From an uncultured Candidatus Saccharibacteria bacterium (lineage in GTDB: Bacteria > Patescibacteriota > Minisyncoccia > Minisyncoccales > MHMH01), in NCBI GenBank assembly GCA_964482335.1, contig CAYZXA010000002.1, positions 586 through 64,585 on the forward strand: a DNA stretch of 64,000 bases, given 5' to 3'. The translations under genes and the position numbers were made by a program. The notes beneath the pieces were generated by a model. The model did not search any database, was not told the origin of the DNA, and saw only the letters and a program-made list of their open reading frames with translations. Each line of letters begins with the position of its first letter. Within the stretch, counting starts at the first letter, position 1. Shown here one piece after another: positions 34,298 through 43,971 of the stretch.

Positions 34298-34957
34298 ATG
34301 TCATTTACCTCTACTCAACAATTTTTAGAGATTAGCCAGATAAGAGAAGGAGTAATTATTCTAAAAAATAAGGCCATGAGAGCTGTTATGATGGTCTCTT
34401 CCTTAAATTTTGCTTTGAAATCCGATGAAGAACAGTCATCTATTATTTATCAGTTTCAAAGCTTCTTAAATTCTTTGGATTTCACATGCCAGATTATTAT
34501 CCAGTCTAGAAAACTCAATATCACCGGCTATTTAGACCAAATAAAAGAACTTGAGAACAAACAAACTAATGAACTCCTTAAGACGCAAACGGCTGAATAT
34601 CGACAATTCATTGAAGATATAATTGCTGGTGCCCCTCCTGCGGGAAAATACGGAGAAATTATGTCAAAGTCTTTTTACGTAATTATCCCTTTTACTCTCT
34701 TGGAAACTAAGAGAGCGTCTATTTTATCATTATTGAAGGCTCCTAAGATTTCTGCCCTGACCGAAGAAGAGTTCCAAAGATGTAAACAGCAATTGTGGCA
34801 AAGAATGGAATTTGTTGCCTTGGGATTAAGAAGGTGCGGATTACAAGCCGTACCCTTGACCACGCCAGAACTTATTGAACTTTTTTGGGGATTGCACCAT
34901 CCCAAACAAGCTGAAATCGGCTATTTTCCCGAGGTTCCACCAGAACTATCAAAATAA
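34298..34957 (+). CDS. T4SS-associated protein of unknown function
   Basis: 219 aa, 2-nt spacing to both neighbours. The N-terminal segment (ISQIREGVIILKNKAMRAVMMVSSLNFALKSDEEQ) resembles the extreme N-terminus of Gram-positive VirB4-type ATPases. This call is weak. Confidence 0.6.
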   Translation: MSFTSTQQFLEISQIREGVIILKNKAMRAVMMVSSLNFALKSDEEQSSIIYQFQSFLNSLDFTCQIIIQSRKLNITGYLDQIKELENKQTNELLKTQTAEYRQFIEDIIAGAPPAGKYGEIMSKSFYVIIPFTLLETKRASILSLLKAPKISALTEEEFQRCKQQLWQRMEFVALGLRRCGLQAVPLTTPELIELFWGLHHPKQAEIGYFPEVPPELSK

Positions 34958-34959
34958 TC

Positions 34960-36750
34960 ATGAAACTTAATCTTTTCAAAAAAAAGAAAAAAGAGCTTAT
35001 CCCAGAGAAAATTTTTGAAACTGAAGAAATGAGAGCAGTAGATATTATTGCTCCCTCTTCTATTAAGATAAAACCCTCTCATTTGAAATTGGGAGAAAGA
35101 CTAACTCAGTCTTATTTTATTTTCTCTTATCCTCGCTATCTAACCACTAGCTGGTTTTCTCCTATTATCAATCTTGATATTCCTATGGATATTTCCTTTT
35201 TTATCCATCCGATTGAAGCGGGGTTAATGTTAAAACAATTAAGAAAAAGGGTAACTGAAATCCAAGCGGAAATCATGGAAAGAGAGAGTAAGGGATTAAT
35301 TAGAGACCCGGCTTTAGAAACTGCCTACCGAGACATAGAAGAATTAAGAGATAAATTGCAAACAGCTCAAGAAAGAATGTTTAAATTGGGCCTTTATTTA
35401 ACAGTTTATGCTGATACGGAAAAGGAATTAAGAGATATTGAAACTACATTGAGGTCTATTCTTGAATCAAAGTTAATTTATATTAAACCAGCTCTTTATC
35501 AGCAAAAAGAAGGTTTTATCGCCACCTCTCCTTATTGCCTTGATAAGCTAGGGGTCCATGCCTCAATGAATACTGGCACCTTGTCCAGCGTCTTCCCTTT
35601 TGTTTCTTTTGACTTAAGCTCTAACGAAGGAATTTTGTATGGCATTAACCAACATAACAATTCCCTGGTTTTATTTGATAGATTTTCCTTAGAAAATGCT
35701 AACATGTGTATTTTTGCTCAATCAGGAGCTGGCAAAAGTTATGCTGTCAAGTTAGAGATCCTGCGTTCTCTTATGCTAGGGACAGATGTAATTATTGTTG
35801 ATCCTGAAAATGAGTATGAATCTTTATCAGATGCCGTTGGCGGTTCATACTTCAAAATATCTTTGGGCAGTCCTTCTCATGTTAATCCTTTTGATTTGCC
35901 AACACCCAGAGAAGACGAAAAGCCAGAAGACATTTTAAGGGGCAACATTATTAATTTAGTCGGGCTAATGAGGTTGATGCTGGGAGGATTAACCCCAGAG
36001 GAAGACGCTGTCATGGACAGAGCTCTAAGCGAAACCTACGCTGCCAAAGATATAACTCCTCAGTCTGACTTTTCAAAAATTACTCCTCCTTTAATGTCAG
36101 ATCTAGAAGCTGTTTTGGGCGGAATGGAAGGAGCTGAATCTCTATTAAAAAGAGTAAGGAAGTTTACTAAAGGAACTTACGCTAATTTCTTCAACCAGCA
36201 GTCCAACGTCAAAATGGATAACAATCTTATCACCTTTGGCATTAGAGACATGGAAGAAGGATTAAGGCCTATAGCTATGTATGTTATCATGAGATATATT
36301 TGGAATAAGATTCGCTCTGAGCTGAAAAAAAGGATTTTTGTGGTAGATGAAGCCTGGTGGTTGATGAAGTCAGAAGATGGTGCTTCTTTCCTTTTTGGTA
36401 TTACTAAAAGGGCCAGAAAATACTGGTTAGGAGTAACTACTATCACTCAAGATGTTGGTGACTTTATGAAATCAGAATATGGAAAACCAATTATTACCAA
36501 TTCTGCTTTGCAGTTTTTAATGAAACAAAGTCCGGCTACGGCCGATGTTTTGAAAAAAACATTTAATCTGACTGATTGGGAAAAAGAACTATTGTTAGGA
36601 ACTGCGGTAGGGGAAGGCATCTTCTTTGCTGGGCAGAAACACGTAGCTATTAAAGTTGTAGCTTCGCCTGCTGAGCACCAGCTTGTTACCACTGCTCCAG
36701 AAGAAGTAAAAAGAATAAAAGAAGCTAAAAAGAAATTAACTAAAGAATAA
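34960..36750 (+). CDS. VirB4/TrbE-like T4SS ATPase
   Basis: 596 aa with Walker A SGAGKSY and Walker B FVVDEAW, following a VirB4-type N-terminal domain. Confidence 0.8.
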   Translation: MKLNLFKKKKKELIPEKIFETEEMRAVDIIAPSSIKIKPSHLKLGERLTQSYFIFSYPRYLTTSWFSPIINLDIPMDISFFIHPIEAGLMLKQLRKRVTEIQAEIMERESKGLIRDPALETAYRDIEELRDKLQTAQERMFKLGLYLTVYADTEKELRDIETTLRSILESKLIYIKPALYQQKEGFIATSPYCLDKLGVHASMNTGTLSSVFPFVSFDLSSNEGILYGINQHNNSLVLFDRFSLENANMCIFAQSGAGKSYAVKLEILRSLMLGTDVIIVDPENEYESLSDAVGGSYFKISLGSPSHVNPFDLPTPREDEKPEDILRGNIINLVGLMRLMLGGLTPEEDAVMDRALSETYAAKDITPQSDFSKITPPLMSDLEAVLGGMEGAESLLKRVRKFTKGTYANFFNQQSNVKMDNNLITFGIRDMEEGLRPIAMYVIMRYIWNKIRSELKKRIFVVDEAWWLMKSEDGASFLFGITKRARKYWLGVTTITQDVGDFMKSEYGKPIITNSALQFLMKQSPATADVLKKTFNLTDWEKELLLGTAVGEGIFFAGQKHVAIKVVASPAEHQLVTTAPEEVKRIKEAKKKLTKE

Positions 36751-36751
36751 A

Positions 36752-37123
36752 ATGGCAGAAGAAATTCCAACTACTACAAAAACACCTCCAGTAAAACCTG
36801 CTACTCCTAAACTTATCCCAAAGCCTGCCGTTAAAAAGGGGAAAACTCTGGGAAAATGGTTCCAAAAAATTCCCAGGGAAATCCTTTTCTCACCAGGGGG
36901 AATAGTTTTAATTGTTTTTGCTCTTATTATGGAAATTCTTGATTGGATTCCTATACCGATAATAGATAATTTATGGGAATTACCATTAGAGCTAATTTTT
37001 ATTGTATTTTTGGCAATAATTGTCAAACTTCCTTTACAGAGCATGCTTATTCCGTTCATCATCGAACGCATTCCTATGGTAAATGATATTGTTCCAACTT
37101 GGTTCATCCGAATGTTTCTTTAG
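36752..37123 (+). CDS. Small membrane protein, last gene of the T4SS-like operon
   Basis: 123 aa with a Pro/Lys-rich N-terminus followed by 2-3 TM helices. Confidence 0.6.
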   Translation: MAEEIPTTTKTPPVKPATPKLIPKPAVKKGKTLGKWFQKIPREILFSPGGIVLIVFALIMEILDWIPIPIIDNLWELPLELIFIVFLAIIVKLPLQSMLIPFIIERIPMVNDIVPTWFIRMFL

Positions 37124-37144
37124 CCCCTATCTTAATCCAAAACA

Positions 37145-37168
37145 AAAACTACCCCTATGGGTAGTTTT
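37145..37168. terminator. Bidirectional intrinsic terminator
   Basis: AAAACTACCC-ctat-GGGTAGTTTT lies between convergent genes. Confidence 0.7.
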
Positions 37169-37184
37169 AAGTTATTCTCAAAAT

Positions 37185-37649
37185 TTAGGGATGGGCTCGG
37201 ATGACTATACAGCGTTCGGGCTCCTGGCCAGTACTTTCAGTAACAACATCTGCCCTTGAAGCCAGTTCCATGTGAACGATTCTTCTCTCATATGCTGGCA
37301 TTGAAGGAAGATATTTTTCTTTTTTATTTAAAGCTACTTCATCGGCCATTGTTTTGGCCATTTCTTTTAAATATTCTGTTTTTTTCTTTTTGTAATCGTT
37401 GACGTCAAGGTTAACATAAAAAAGACCTTCAGCGTTTATTTGTCTTTTTAGGACAATCTTCAAGAGATGCTGAATTTCGGCTAAGGTCTGGCCTCTTTCG
37501 CCAATCAAAATCTGAGGTTCTTCCATTGTCAAATTAATAGGAATGGTTGAGTCTTCAAAGCGGGCTACCTCAACCTCTATCTGTAAGCCAGTCATTTCAA
37601 AAAACTCCTGGGCTGCTTTTTTAATTTTCTCTTGGTTGATCTGAATCAT
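37185..37649 (-). CDS. jag: Jag/KhpB-like KH + R3H RNA-binding protein
   Basis: 154 aa with R3H-type ERRIVHMEL.. at the C-terminus. It sits in the conserved position downstream of yidC. Confidence 0.75.
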   Translation of the reverse strand: MIQINQEKIKKAAQEFFEMTGLQIEVEVARFEDSTIPINLTMEEPQILIGERGQTLAEIQHLLKIVLKRQINAEGLFYVNLDVNDYKKKKTEYLKEMAKTMADEVALNKKEKYLPSMPAYERRIVHMELASRADVVTESTGQEPERCIVIRAHP

Positions 37650-38355
37650 GCTTTTTAAGCATAATATATTGTTGACCGATTGTAAAGAGGGTGGTGGTCA
37701 GCCAATAAAGGGCGATGGCTGCGGGCAAGCGCCAGAGGATAAAAACAGTAAAAATAGGGAAAAAGTAAAGCATCTGTTTTTGCATCATCTGAGAAAAGCC
37801 AGGCGAACTTTTCTGGCTTGTTTTTTGTTTGGAAGAGACCATCTTTGTTTGAATGAATTGGAAAATACCAGTAATAATAGCCAAAGCTATGGAAGCTTCA
37901 GCTAAGTTAACAATGCCTAAAAACATCATATCAACCTGGCCAGGGTGGGGGACAAAACTATAAAGGAATCCCATTTGTTCTTCACCAAAGCCTCGCCAGA
38001 AAACCCGGAAAAGAGCAATTAAGATAGGTAGCTGAACAAGCAAGGGCAAGCAGCCAGAAAGAGGATTAATCTTCTCTTTCTTATAAAGCTCCATCATGGC
38101 CTTGCTTTGCTGTTCTTTGTCGTTCTTGAACTTGTCCTTGATCTCTTGCATTTTTGGCTGAAGCCCAGATAATGCTTTTTGAGAACGGATGCCTTGGGCG
38201 CCCAAAGGATAAAGGACAAACTTAATCAAAACTGTTAAAACAATAACAGCAATGCCAAAGTCATGGCCTGGCAAATATATATACAACAAAATCAAGGCAT
38301 TGAACAATGGCTGATATAGTACGACGTTAAAAGTGTTTATAAAAAAATCGAACAT
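37621..38355 (-). CDS. yidC: Membrane protein insertase YidC (short form)
   Basis: 244 aa with the conserved core ..MELYKKEKINPLSGCLPLLVQLPILIALF.. Confidence 0.9.
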   Translation of the reverse strand: MFDFFINTFNVVLYQPLFNALILLYIYLPGHDFGIAVIVLTVLIKFVLYPLGAQGIRSQKALSGLQPKMQEIKDKFKNDKEQQSKAMMELYKKEKINPLSGCLPLLVQLPILIALFRVFWRGFGEEQMGFLYSFVPHPGQVDMMFLGIVNLAEASIALAIITGIFQFIQTKMVSSKQKTSQKSSPGFSQMMQKQMLYFFPIFTVFILWRLPAAIALYWLTTTLFTIGQQYIMLKKHDSDQPREN

Positions 38356-38359
38356 ATTT

Positions 38360-38569
38360 TTAAGGTAAGTCTACTCCACCCGAACACCAAGGGTGGCACT
38401 TAAACAGTCTTTTAATCCCTTTAAAACAGCCTTGGAATACTCCATCTTTTTTAATGGCTAAAAGAGTGTATTCTGAACAAGAAGGGTAAAAACGGCAGTG
38501 TTGGCCCAAATACGGCGAAATAAAAATCTGATAAAATCTGATTGGTTTGAGAATAAAATATCTAATCAT
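38360..38569 (-). CDS. yidD: Membrane protein insertion efficiency factor YidD
   Basis: 69 aa with ..CRFYPSCSEY.. . Confidence 0.9.
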   Translation of the reverse strand: MIRYFILKPIRFYQIFISPYLGQHCRFYPSCSEYTLLAIKKDGVFQGCFKGIKRLFKCHPWCSGGVDLP

Positions 38570-38904
38570 AGCAATTTAGCTTTTTTAAAAAGTTTATTGA
38601 CGATTGCTTCTATTTCCCAAAACTCTTTAGTTTCTAATCCTGGTACAGCTGTTAAAACAATATCATAGCCTTTTTTTATTTTAGACAATCTGCTTTTAAC
38701 TAATTCTCTCAGTCTTCTTTTAATCTTATTTCTTAAGACAGCCTTTTTGGAAACCTTTAAGCTGACAACAAAAGCAAACCTGCTTGCGTTTAAGTTGTTT
38801 TTAACGAACTTAAGAAATAAAAAAGCCTCTTTCACCCCTTTCCCTCGTTTAAAAACCCACTCAATATCTTTTTGTTTTTTAAGACGGTTTACCTTAGACA
38901 GCAT
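38566..38904 (-). CDS. rnpA: RNase P protein component
   Basis: The start is probably ATG 38904, 1 nt after the rpmH stop (the track start is TTG 38916). The protein is basic and sits in the conserved rpmH-rnpA context. Confidence 0.85.
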   Translation of the reverse strand: MLSKVNRLKKQKDIEWVFKRGKGVKEAFLFLKFVKNNLNASRFAFVVSLKVSKKAVLRNKIKRRLRELVKSRLSKIKKGYDIVLTAVPGLETKEFWEIEAIVNKLFKKAKLL

Positions 38905-38905
38905 G

Positions 38906-39040
38906 TTAAACAGCAAGTCGCCATCTTTCTTTTTTTCTTCTACGAGCCAATACTTTCCGACCTCCCTTTTTTCTTTTTCTAATTCTAAACCCGTGGGTCT
39001 TTTTTCTTTTCCTTTTTTTGGGTTGGTAGGTAACGCTCAT
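38906..39040 (-). CDS. rpmH: 50S ribosomal protein L34
   Basis: Too short for the ORF track. My hand translation gives [44 protein letters not shown]. Confidence 0.9.
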   Translation of the reverse strand: MSVTYQPKKRKRKKTHGFRIRKRKKGGRKVLARRRKKERWRLAV

Positions 39041-39118
39041 GTCAATATATTAACACTTTGTCCCCAACTTATCAACATAAGGTTTGCTTTTGTGATAATT
39101 TTGCTTTTATTTGACATG

Positions 39119-39127
39119 TGATATAAT
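39119..39127 (+). promoter_or_regulatory. Extended -10 promoter element TGaTATAAT upstream of dnaA
   Basis: Read directly from the sequence, ~54 nt upstream of ATG 39181. Confidence 0.45.
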
Positions 39128-39180
39128 AGCTCCAGGATTATAAGAACCTCGCCAAGGGCGAGAACCTTGAAGTTAAAACT

Positions 39181-40539
39181 ATGAATAAGGATGAGTTATG
39201 GCAAGCCTTGCTTGCCCAAATCCAGTTTAATATTTCCAAGGCCAACTTTGCCACCTGGTTTAAGAACACCGGAGTCTTCTCTAAAAAAGAAGGAGAAATA
39301 ATTATTTCTGTTCCTAATAATTTCTCCAAAGAATGGCTAGAAAACAAATACAATAAACTGATCTTTAAGATTCTCCGTAATTTAGACGAGGAAATCAAAG
39401 AGGTAAAGTATTCTGTGAGCAAACCAGGATTAAAAACTAAAGGATCTTCGGCTTCTTTCGTTGGTGCTTTGGTAGAGACGCCCCAGCTTGAATTTCAGGA
39501 ATTTAAGATTAACAAAGAAACTAATTTAAATCCCCGCTATACTTTTGAAAACTTTATTGTTGGTCCATTCAACGAACTTCCCCAGGCAGCTGCTTGGGCA
39601 ATTTCTCAAAACCCTGGTTCTGTTTACAATCCTTTATTTATTTACGGCGGTGTGGGGCTGGGCAAAACCCATCTTCTCCAGGCAATCGGCAACGAGGTTA
39701 TCAAAAAGGTTCCTCAAAAAAGAATAAAATATGTCTCTTCTGAGAAATTCACCTCTGGCATAATCAGTTCGATTAGAAATCATGACGTTGAGAAATTCAA
39801 GTCTCTATATAAGGATATTGATGTCTTAATGATTGACGATATCCAGTTTTTGTCGGGCAAAGAGAAAACTCAAGAAGAGTTTTTCCATGTCTTTAATGAT
39901 CTATATGAAAAGAATAAGCAAATAGTTCTTTCTTCTGACCGTCCGCCAAAAGCAATCTCAGCATTAGAAGAGAGGCTGAGATCTCGTTTTGAGGGCGGCA
40001 TGATAGCTGATATCGGCCTGCCTGACCTTGAAACAAGGCTAGCTATTTTAAAGGCTAAGTCCCAAGAAAAAAAGGTAAATTTCTCTAACGAGATATTAGA
40101 ATACATTGCTTCCAATATCCAGATAAACATTAGAGAGCTGGAAGGAGCTTTAAACAGGTTGGCAGCCTATCAAAAATTAAACAATAAACCTCCTAATTTA
40201 GAGGTGGCCAAAACCCTTTTAAAGAACATTATCTTCTCCCCCAAGAAAGTGGCTAATCCTGACAAAATAATAAAGGCCGTGGCTTTTTTCTACGACTTAA
40301 AGGAAAAAGATATTCTGGCTACTTCCAGAAAAAAAGAGATTGTTAAACCCCGTCAGATAGCCATGTATTTTTTGAGACAAGAGCTAAAAAGTTCTTTCCC
40401 TTTTATCGGTAGAAAGTTTGGCGGCAAAGACCACACTACGGCCATTCACGCCTATAATAAGATTGTGAAAGAGTTGGGGACAAGCGATAGTTTGACAGAG
40501 GAAATCAGCTTAATAAAAGAACAAATTTATCGCCTCTAG
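39181..40539 (+). CDS. dnaA: Chromosomal replication initiator DnaA
   Basis: 452 aa with Walker A GGVGLGKTHL and the C-terminal DNA-binding signature ..DHTTAIHAYNKI.. Confidence 0.95.
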   Translation: MNKDELWQALLAQIQFNISKANFATWFKNTGVFSKKEGEIIISVPNNFSKEWLENKYNKLIFKILRNLDEEIKEVKYSVSKPGLKTKGSSASFVGALVETPQLEFQEFKINKETNLNPRYTFENFIVGPFNELPQAAAWAISQNPGSVYNPLFIYGGVGLGKTHLLQAIGNEVIKKVPQKRIKYVSSEKFTSGIISSIRNHDVEKFKSLYKDIDVLMIDDIQFLSGKEKTQEEFFHVFNDLYEKNKQIVLSSDRPPKAISALEERLRSRFEGGMIADIGLPDLETRLAILKAKSQEKKVNFSNEILEYIASNIQINIRELEGALNRLAAYQKLNNKPPNLEVAKTLLKNIIFSPKKVANPDKIIKAVAFFYDLKEKDILATSRKKEIVKPRQIAMYFLRQELKSSFPFIGRKFGGKDHTTAIHAYNKIVKELGTSDSLTEEISLIKEQIYRL

Positions 40540-40628
40540 TTTTAAACACTTAATATTAGACATTCGTCAACAGTCTTTCCCCAAAGAAATTAATATAAAA
40601 AATTATTATTAATCACACCATAACAACT

Positions 40629-41768
40629 ATGAAAGTAATAATATTAAAAGAAAACTTAAATAATGGATTGAACATTGTTAGTAGAGTGGCTGGAAAAAAC
40701 TTGACCTTGCCTATTTTAAATAACATCTTATTAACAACTGAAGGAAATTTTTTAAGCATTTCTTCGACTGACTTAGAATTAGGTATCAAATACTGGTCTT
40801 TAGGAAAAATAGAGAGACAAGGCGGTCTAACTGTGCCAGCGAAGATTCTGTCCAGTTTTGTCAATCTCCTGCCAGAAGAAAAGATTGCTTTAGAGGTAAA
40901 AAGTCAAGTTTTATATATTGACTGTGGAAATAATAAAACACAAATTAAAGGGTTAGACGCTCAAGAATACCCGATTATTCCTAAAATTGAAGACGATAAA
41001 CCCATCGAATTAAACACTCTGCCTTTCTGTGAAGGGATAGCTCAAGTAGTTGATTTTACAGCCCCCAACCAGACCCGGCCCGAACTGTCTGGTATCTATT
41101 TGAGATTCCAAAGAGATAGGGCGCTATTGGTAGCCACAGACAGTTTTAGATTAGCTGAAAAAACCCTTTATTTCGAACAAAAAATAGACAGAGAAGAATC
41201 ATTTATTCTTCCTCAAAAAGCAGCCAGAGAGTTAGTTAACATCTTTTCTGAGAGAAAAGGCAAGCTGAAACTTTATTTTTCTCCTAATCAGATATTATTT
41301 GAATATCCAATGTCAGAAACTACTCACCCTCAAATTCAAGTTGTCTCCCGCTTGATCGAAGGAGATTATCCGGACTACCAGAGCATTATTCCCCAGAAGC
41401 ACGATGTCCAGCTTTCCCTGTCTAAGAACGAATTTTTGAACCAAGTTAAGGCAGCCAGTATCTTCAGCGGCAAGTCTAATGAAGTTAAAATAAAAGTTAA
41501 TATTAAAAAACAAGAGATTGAGATGCTCAGCCAAAGCCCAGAGCTTGGCGAAAACAGAAGTGTTCTGGCAGGTAAGGTCACGGATACTTCAGGCAAGGTC
41601 AAAGAGATAGAAACAACGTTTAACTATCGATTCTTAGTTGATGGATTATTAAATATAAAAAGCTCAAAAGTTCTTTTCGAGCTCAACGGGGAAGAGGGTC
41701 CAGCAGTTTTACGACCAGAAGGTGACACCAATTATTTGTACGTTGTTATGCCCATTAAGGCTACTTAG
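40629..41768 (+). CDS. dnaN: DNA polymerase III beta sliding clamp
   Basis: 379 aa immediately downstream of dnaA, with a typical N-terminus MKVIILKENLNNGLNIVSRV. Confidence 0.9.
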   Translation: MKVIILKENLNNGLNIVSRVAGKNLTLPILNNILLTTEGNFLSISSTDLELGIKYWSLGKIERQGGLTVPAKILSSFVNLLPEEKIALEVKSQVLYIDCGNNKTQIKGLDAQEYPIIPKIEDDKPIELNTLPFCEGIAQVVDFTAPNQTRPELSGIYLRFQRDRALLVATDSFRLAEKTLYFEQKIDREESFILPQKAARELVNIFSERKGKLKLYFSPNQILFEYPMSETTHPQIQVVSRLIEGDYPDYQSIIPQKHDVQLSLSKNEFLNQVKAASIFSGKSNEVKIKVNIKKQEIEMLSQSPELGENRSVLAGKVTDTSGKVKEIETTFNYRFLVDGLLNIKSSKVLFELNGEEGPAVLRPEGDTNYLYVVMPIKAT

Positions 41769-43914
41769 CCCCATCTAGCCATTTTTTAATTCCAGCTTCC
41801 CAGTTTTGGTACTGAGAAATATCTTCAGGGTTCTCAGGAGCTTCCTTCTGGGGATTATTTTTATCTACATAGTATAAGATTGAATGCGGGTTTTCCAAGT
41901 CAGTCTCTCCGTTTAAAATAGGCTTATCGGTTTCTATTGGTTTAGGTTCTTGGAAGTCTTGGCTGGGGTATTTTTCTAAAGCTTTTTTCATAAATTGGTT
42001 CCACATAGGGCCCGCTAAAACAACGCCTGGCTTTTCGTCGGCTGATGTGTTATTGTTGTTGCCCGCCCAAACACCAGCAACGACTGAAGGAGTGTAGCCA
42101 ATTGTCCATGCATCTTTATATTTCTGGGTAGTCCCAGTCTTAGCAGCTACCTGGTAGCCAGGAATGTATAAAGGAGACCAAAGGCCGAACATAGGAGACC
42201 TGGCTTCGTTATCAGACAAAATATCGTTGACTATATCGCAAACCTGCGCTTCTAAAACTCTTTTTTGAGTTTTTTTATTCTCTTCAAGAACATTGCCTTC
42301 GGCGTCTTCTATCCTCAAAATAGCAACTGGCGGAACCTTTAAGCCTCTGGCAGCAAAAACTCCATAGGCTGAAACTAAATCTAAAAGTTTTACTTCGCCG
42401 CCTCCCAAAACCAAACTTAAGCCATACCAGGAAAGATCCTTATCTAAGGTTGTGATGCCTAAGGTTTGGGCTAGGGCGATCGTCTCTTTTACCCCAGCCA
42501 AATAAAGCACTTTGACCGAAGGAAGATTAATCGATTGAGCTAAGGCTTGTCTAAGGCTAACTGGGCCTCTGAACCCTTCGTCATAATTGCCTGGGTGATA
42601 GCAATCCATGCCATATTCATCCTTTTCTTCTTGGGCGGTTGAAGTGCAGTTAGGGTTAAATTCAGTTTTAACGTCCCATAAAACAGTTTCAGGGGTAAAT
42701 CCTTTTTTAAACGCCTGGGCATAGGCAAAGGGCTTGAAAGCTGAACCTGGTTGGCGTTCTCCAAGAGTAGCTATGTTGAATTTAGGGTCAAAAAGACAGC
42801 CCTCCTCTGATTCTAAACATCCTTCAGGCTGGGAAGTTGTGGCATGCCAATTAGCTGAACCAACCATTGCTAATATTTCTCCAGTCCCAGGGTCAAGAGC
42901 GACAAGAGAGGCATTGTGCGATTCGTATCCTTTGTTGTTTTTTACTCCTTGTTCAATTATCTGTTCAGCAGCAGCCTGAAGTTCCCAATCAAGCGTAGTG
43001 TAAACATTCAGGCCCTTTTCTTCCAGAAAGTAGTCTGTATATTTTTCTTCCAAGTACTTTTTAACGTAAAGCACAAAATGAGGGGCTTGGATAGGGTGAC
43101 GAATTTCAGCAAATTCAATGGTTTTTAACTTGGCTTCTTCGCCCTGAGCTTGGCTAATGTAATTGATTTTGACCATTTTGTCTAGAATATTATTCTTTTT
43201 CTGTAGGAGATCGTCTTTATAAGAGCCATAGGGAGAGAGACGGCTTGGTGATTGGATGAGAGAGGCCAAAAGCGCTGCTTCTTCCAAAGAGACTTCCGAA
43301 GCTTTTTTGCTAAAAAAGGTTTGGCTGGCTGCCTCTATCCCATAAGCGTTAGACCCGAAAGGAACTTGGTTAAGATAAAATTCTAAGATTTCATCTTTTG
43401 AGTAACGTCTTTCTAGTTCCAAAGTCAGAATGATTTCCTTGGTTTTTCTTTTTAACGTCTTCTCTAGGGTTAAGAAGCTTGAACGAATAAGCTGTTGAGA
43501 GATAGTTGAGCCTCCGTAAATTGGCCTGCCTATCTTAATGTTGTTCAGTATCGAACGGAAAATACCCCGCAGATCCAGACCGAAATGAGAATAAAAATTA
43601 GCGTCTTCGGTCAAGATAACCGCTTGGATCAAATGGGGCGAGACCTCGTCAAGCGAGATAACGGTTCTTTTTTCTTCTTCGTAAATCTGGTACAAAAGCA
43701 CTTTGCCTTCTCGATCATAGATTTTAGTCGGCAAAACAAAAGGCCTTTCGGTAAAGACCTCGGGCCTGGGCAGGTCTTTAGCGTAGTAAATAAAAAGGAA
43801 AGAGCAAAAGGCGATAAAAAACAAAAAACAGCCACCCAGAATTTTAAGGGCCAGGCCGAGTCTTTTGCCTTTGTTTTTTTGGTAAACTCTACGATAAAAT
43901 CTTCGTTGAGCCAT
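41761..43914 (-). CDS. Class A penicillin-binding protein (glycosyltransferase + transpeptidase)
   Basis: 717 aa with GT51 motifs EDANFYSHFG and GGSTISQQ, and transpeptidase motifs SAFKPF and KTGT. Confidence 0.9.
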   Translation of the reverse strand: MAQRRFYRRVYQKNKGKRLGLALKILGGCFLFFIAFCSFLFIYYAKDLPRPEVFTERPFVLPTKIYDREGKVLLYQIYEEEKRTVISLDEVSPHLIQAVILTEDANFYSHFGLDLRGIFRSILNNIKIGRPIYGGSTISQQLIRSSFLTLEKTLKRKTKEIILTLELERRYSKDEILEFYLNQVPFGSNAYGIEAASQTFFSKKASEVSLEEAALLASLIQSPSRLSPYGSYKDDLLQKKNNILDKMVKINYISQAQGEEAKLKTIEFAEIRHPIQAPHFVLYVKKYLEEKYTDYFLEEKGLNVYTTLDWELQAAAEQIIEQGVKNNKGYESHNASLVALDPGTGEILAMVGSANWHATTSQPEGCLESEEGCLFDPKFNIATLGERQPGSAFKPFAYAQAFKKGFTPETVLWDVKTEFNPNCTSTAQEEKDEYGMDCYHPGNYDEGFRGPVSLRQALAQSINLPSVKVLYLAGVKETIALAQTLGITTLDKDLSWYGLSLVLGGGEVKLLDLVSAYGVFAARGLKVPPVAILRIEDAEGNVLEENKKTQKRVLEAQVCDIVNDILSDNEARSPMFGLWSPLYIPGYQVAAKTGTTQKYKDAWTIGYTPSVVAGVWAGNNNNTSADEKPGVVLAGPMWNQFMKKALEKYPSQDFQEPKPIETDKPILNGETDLENPHSILYYVDKNNPQKEAPENPEDISQYQNWEAGIKKWLDGAK

Positions 43915-43971
43915 GTCAATTAGAAATTATAGCATCTCTTTTTGTTTTCTCCAAATTATGATAAATTAAAG

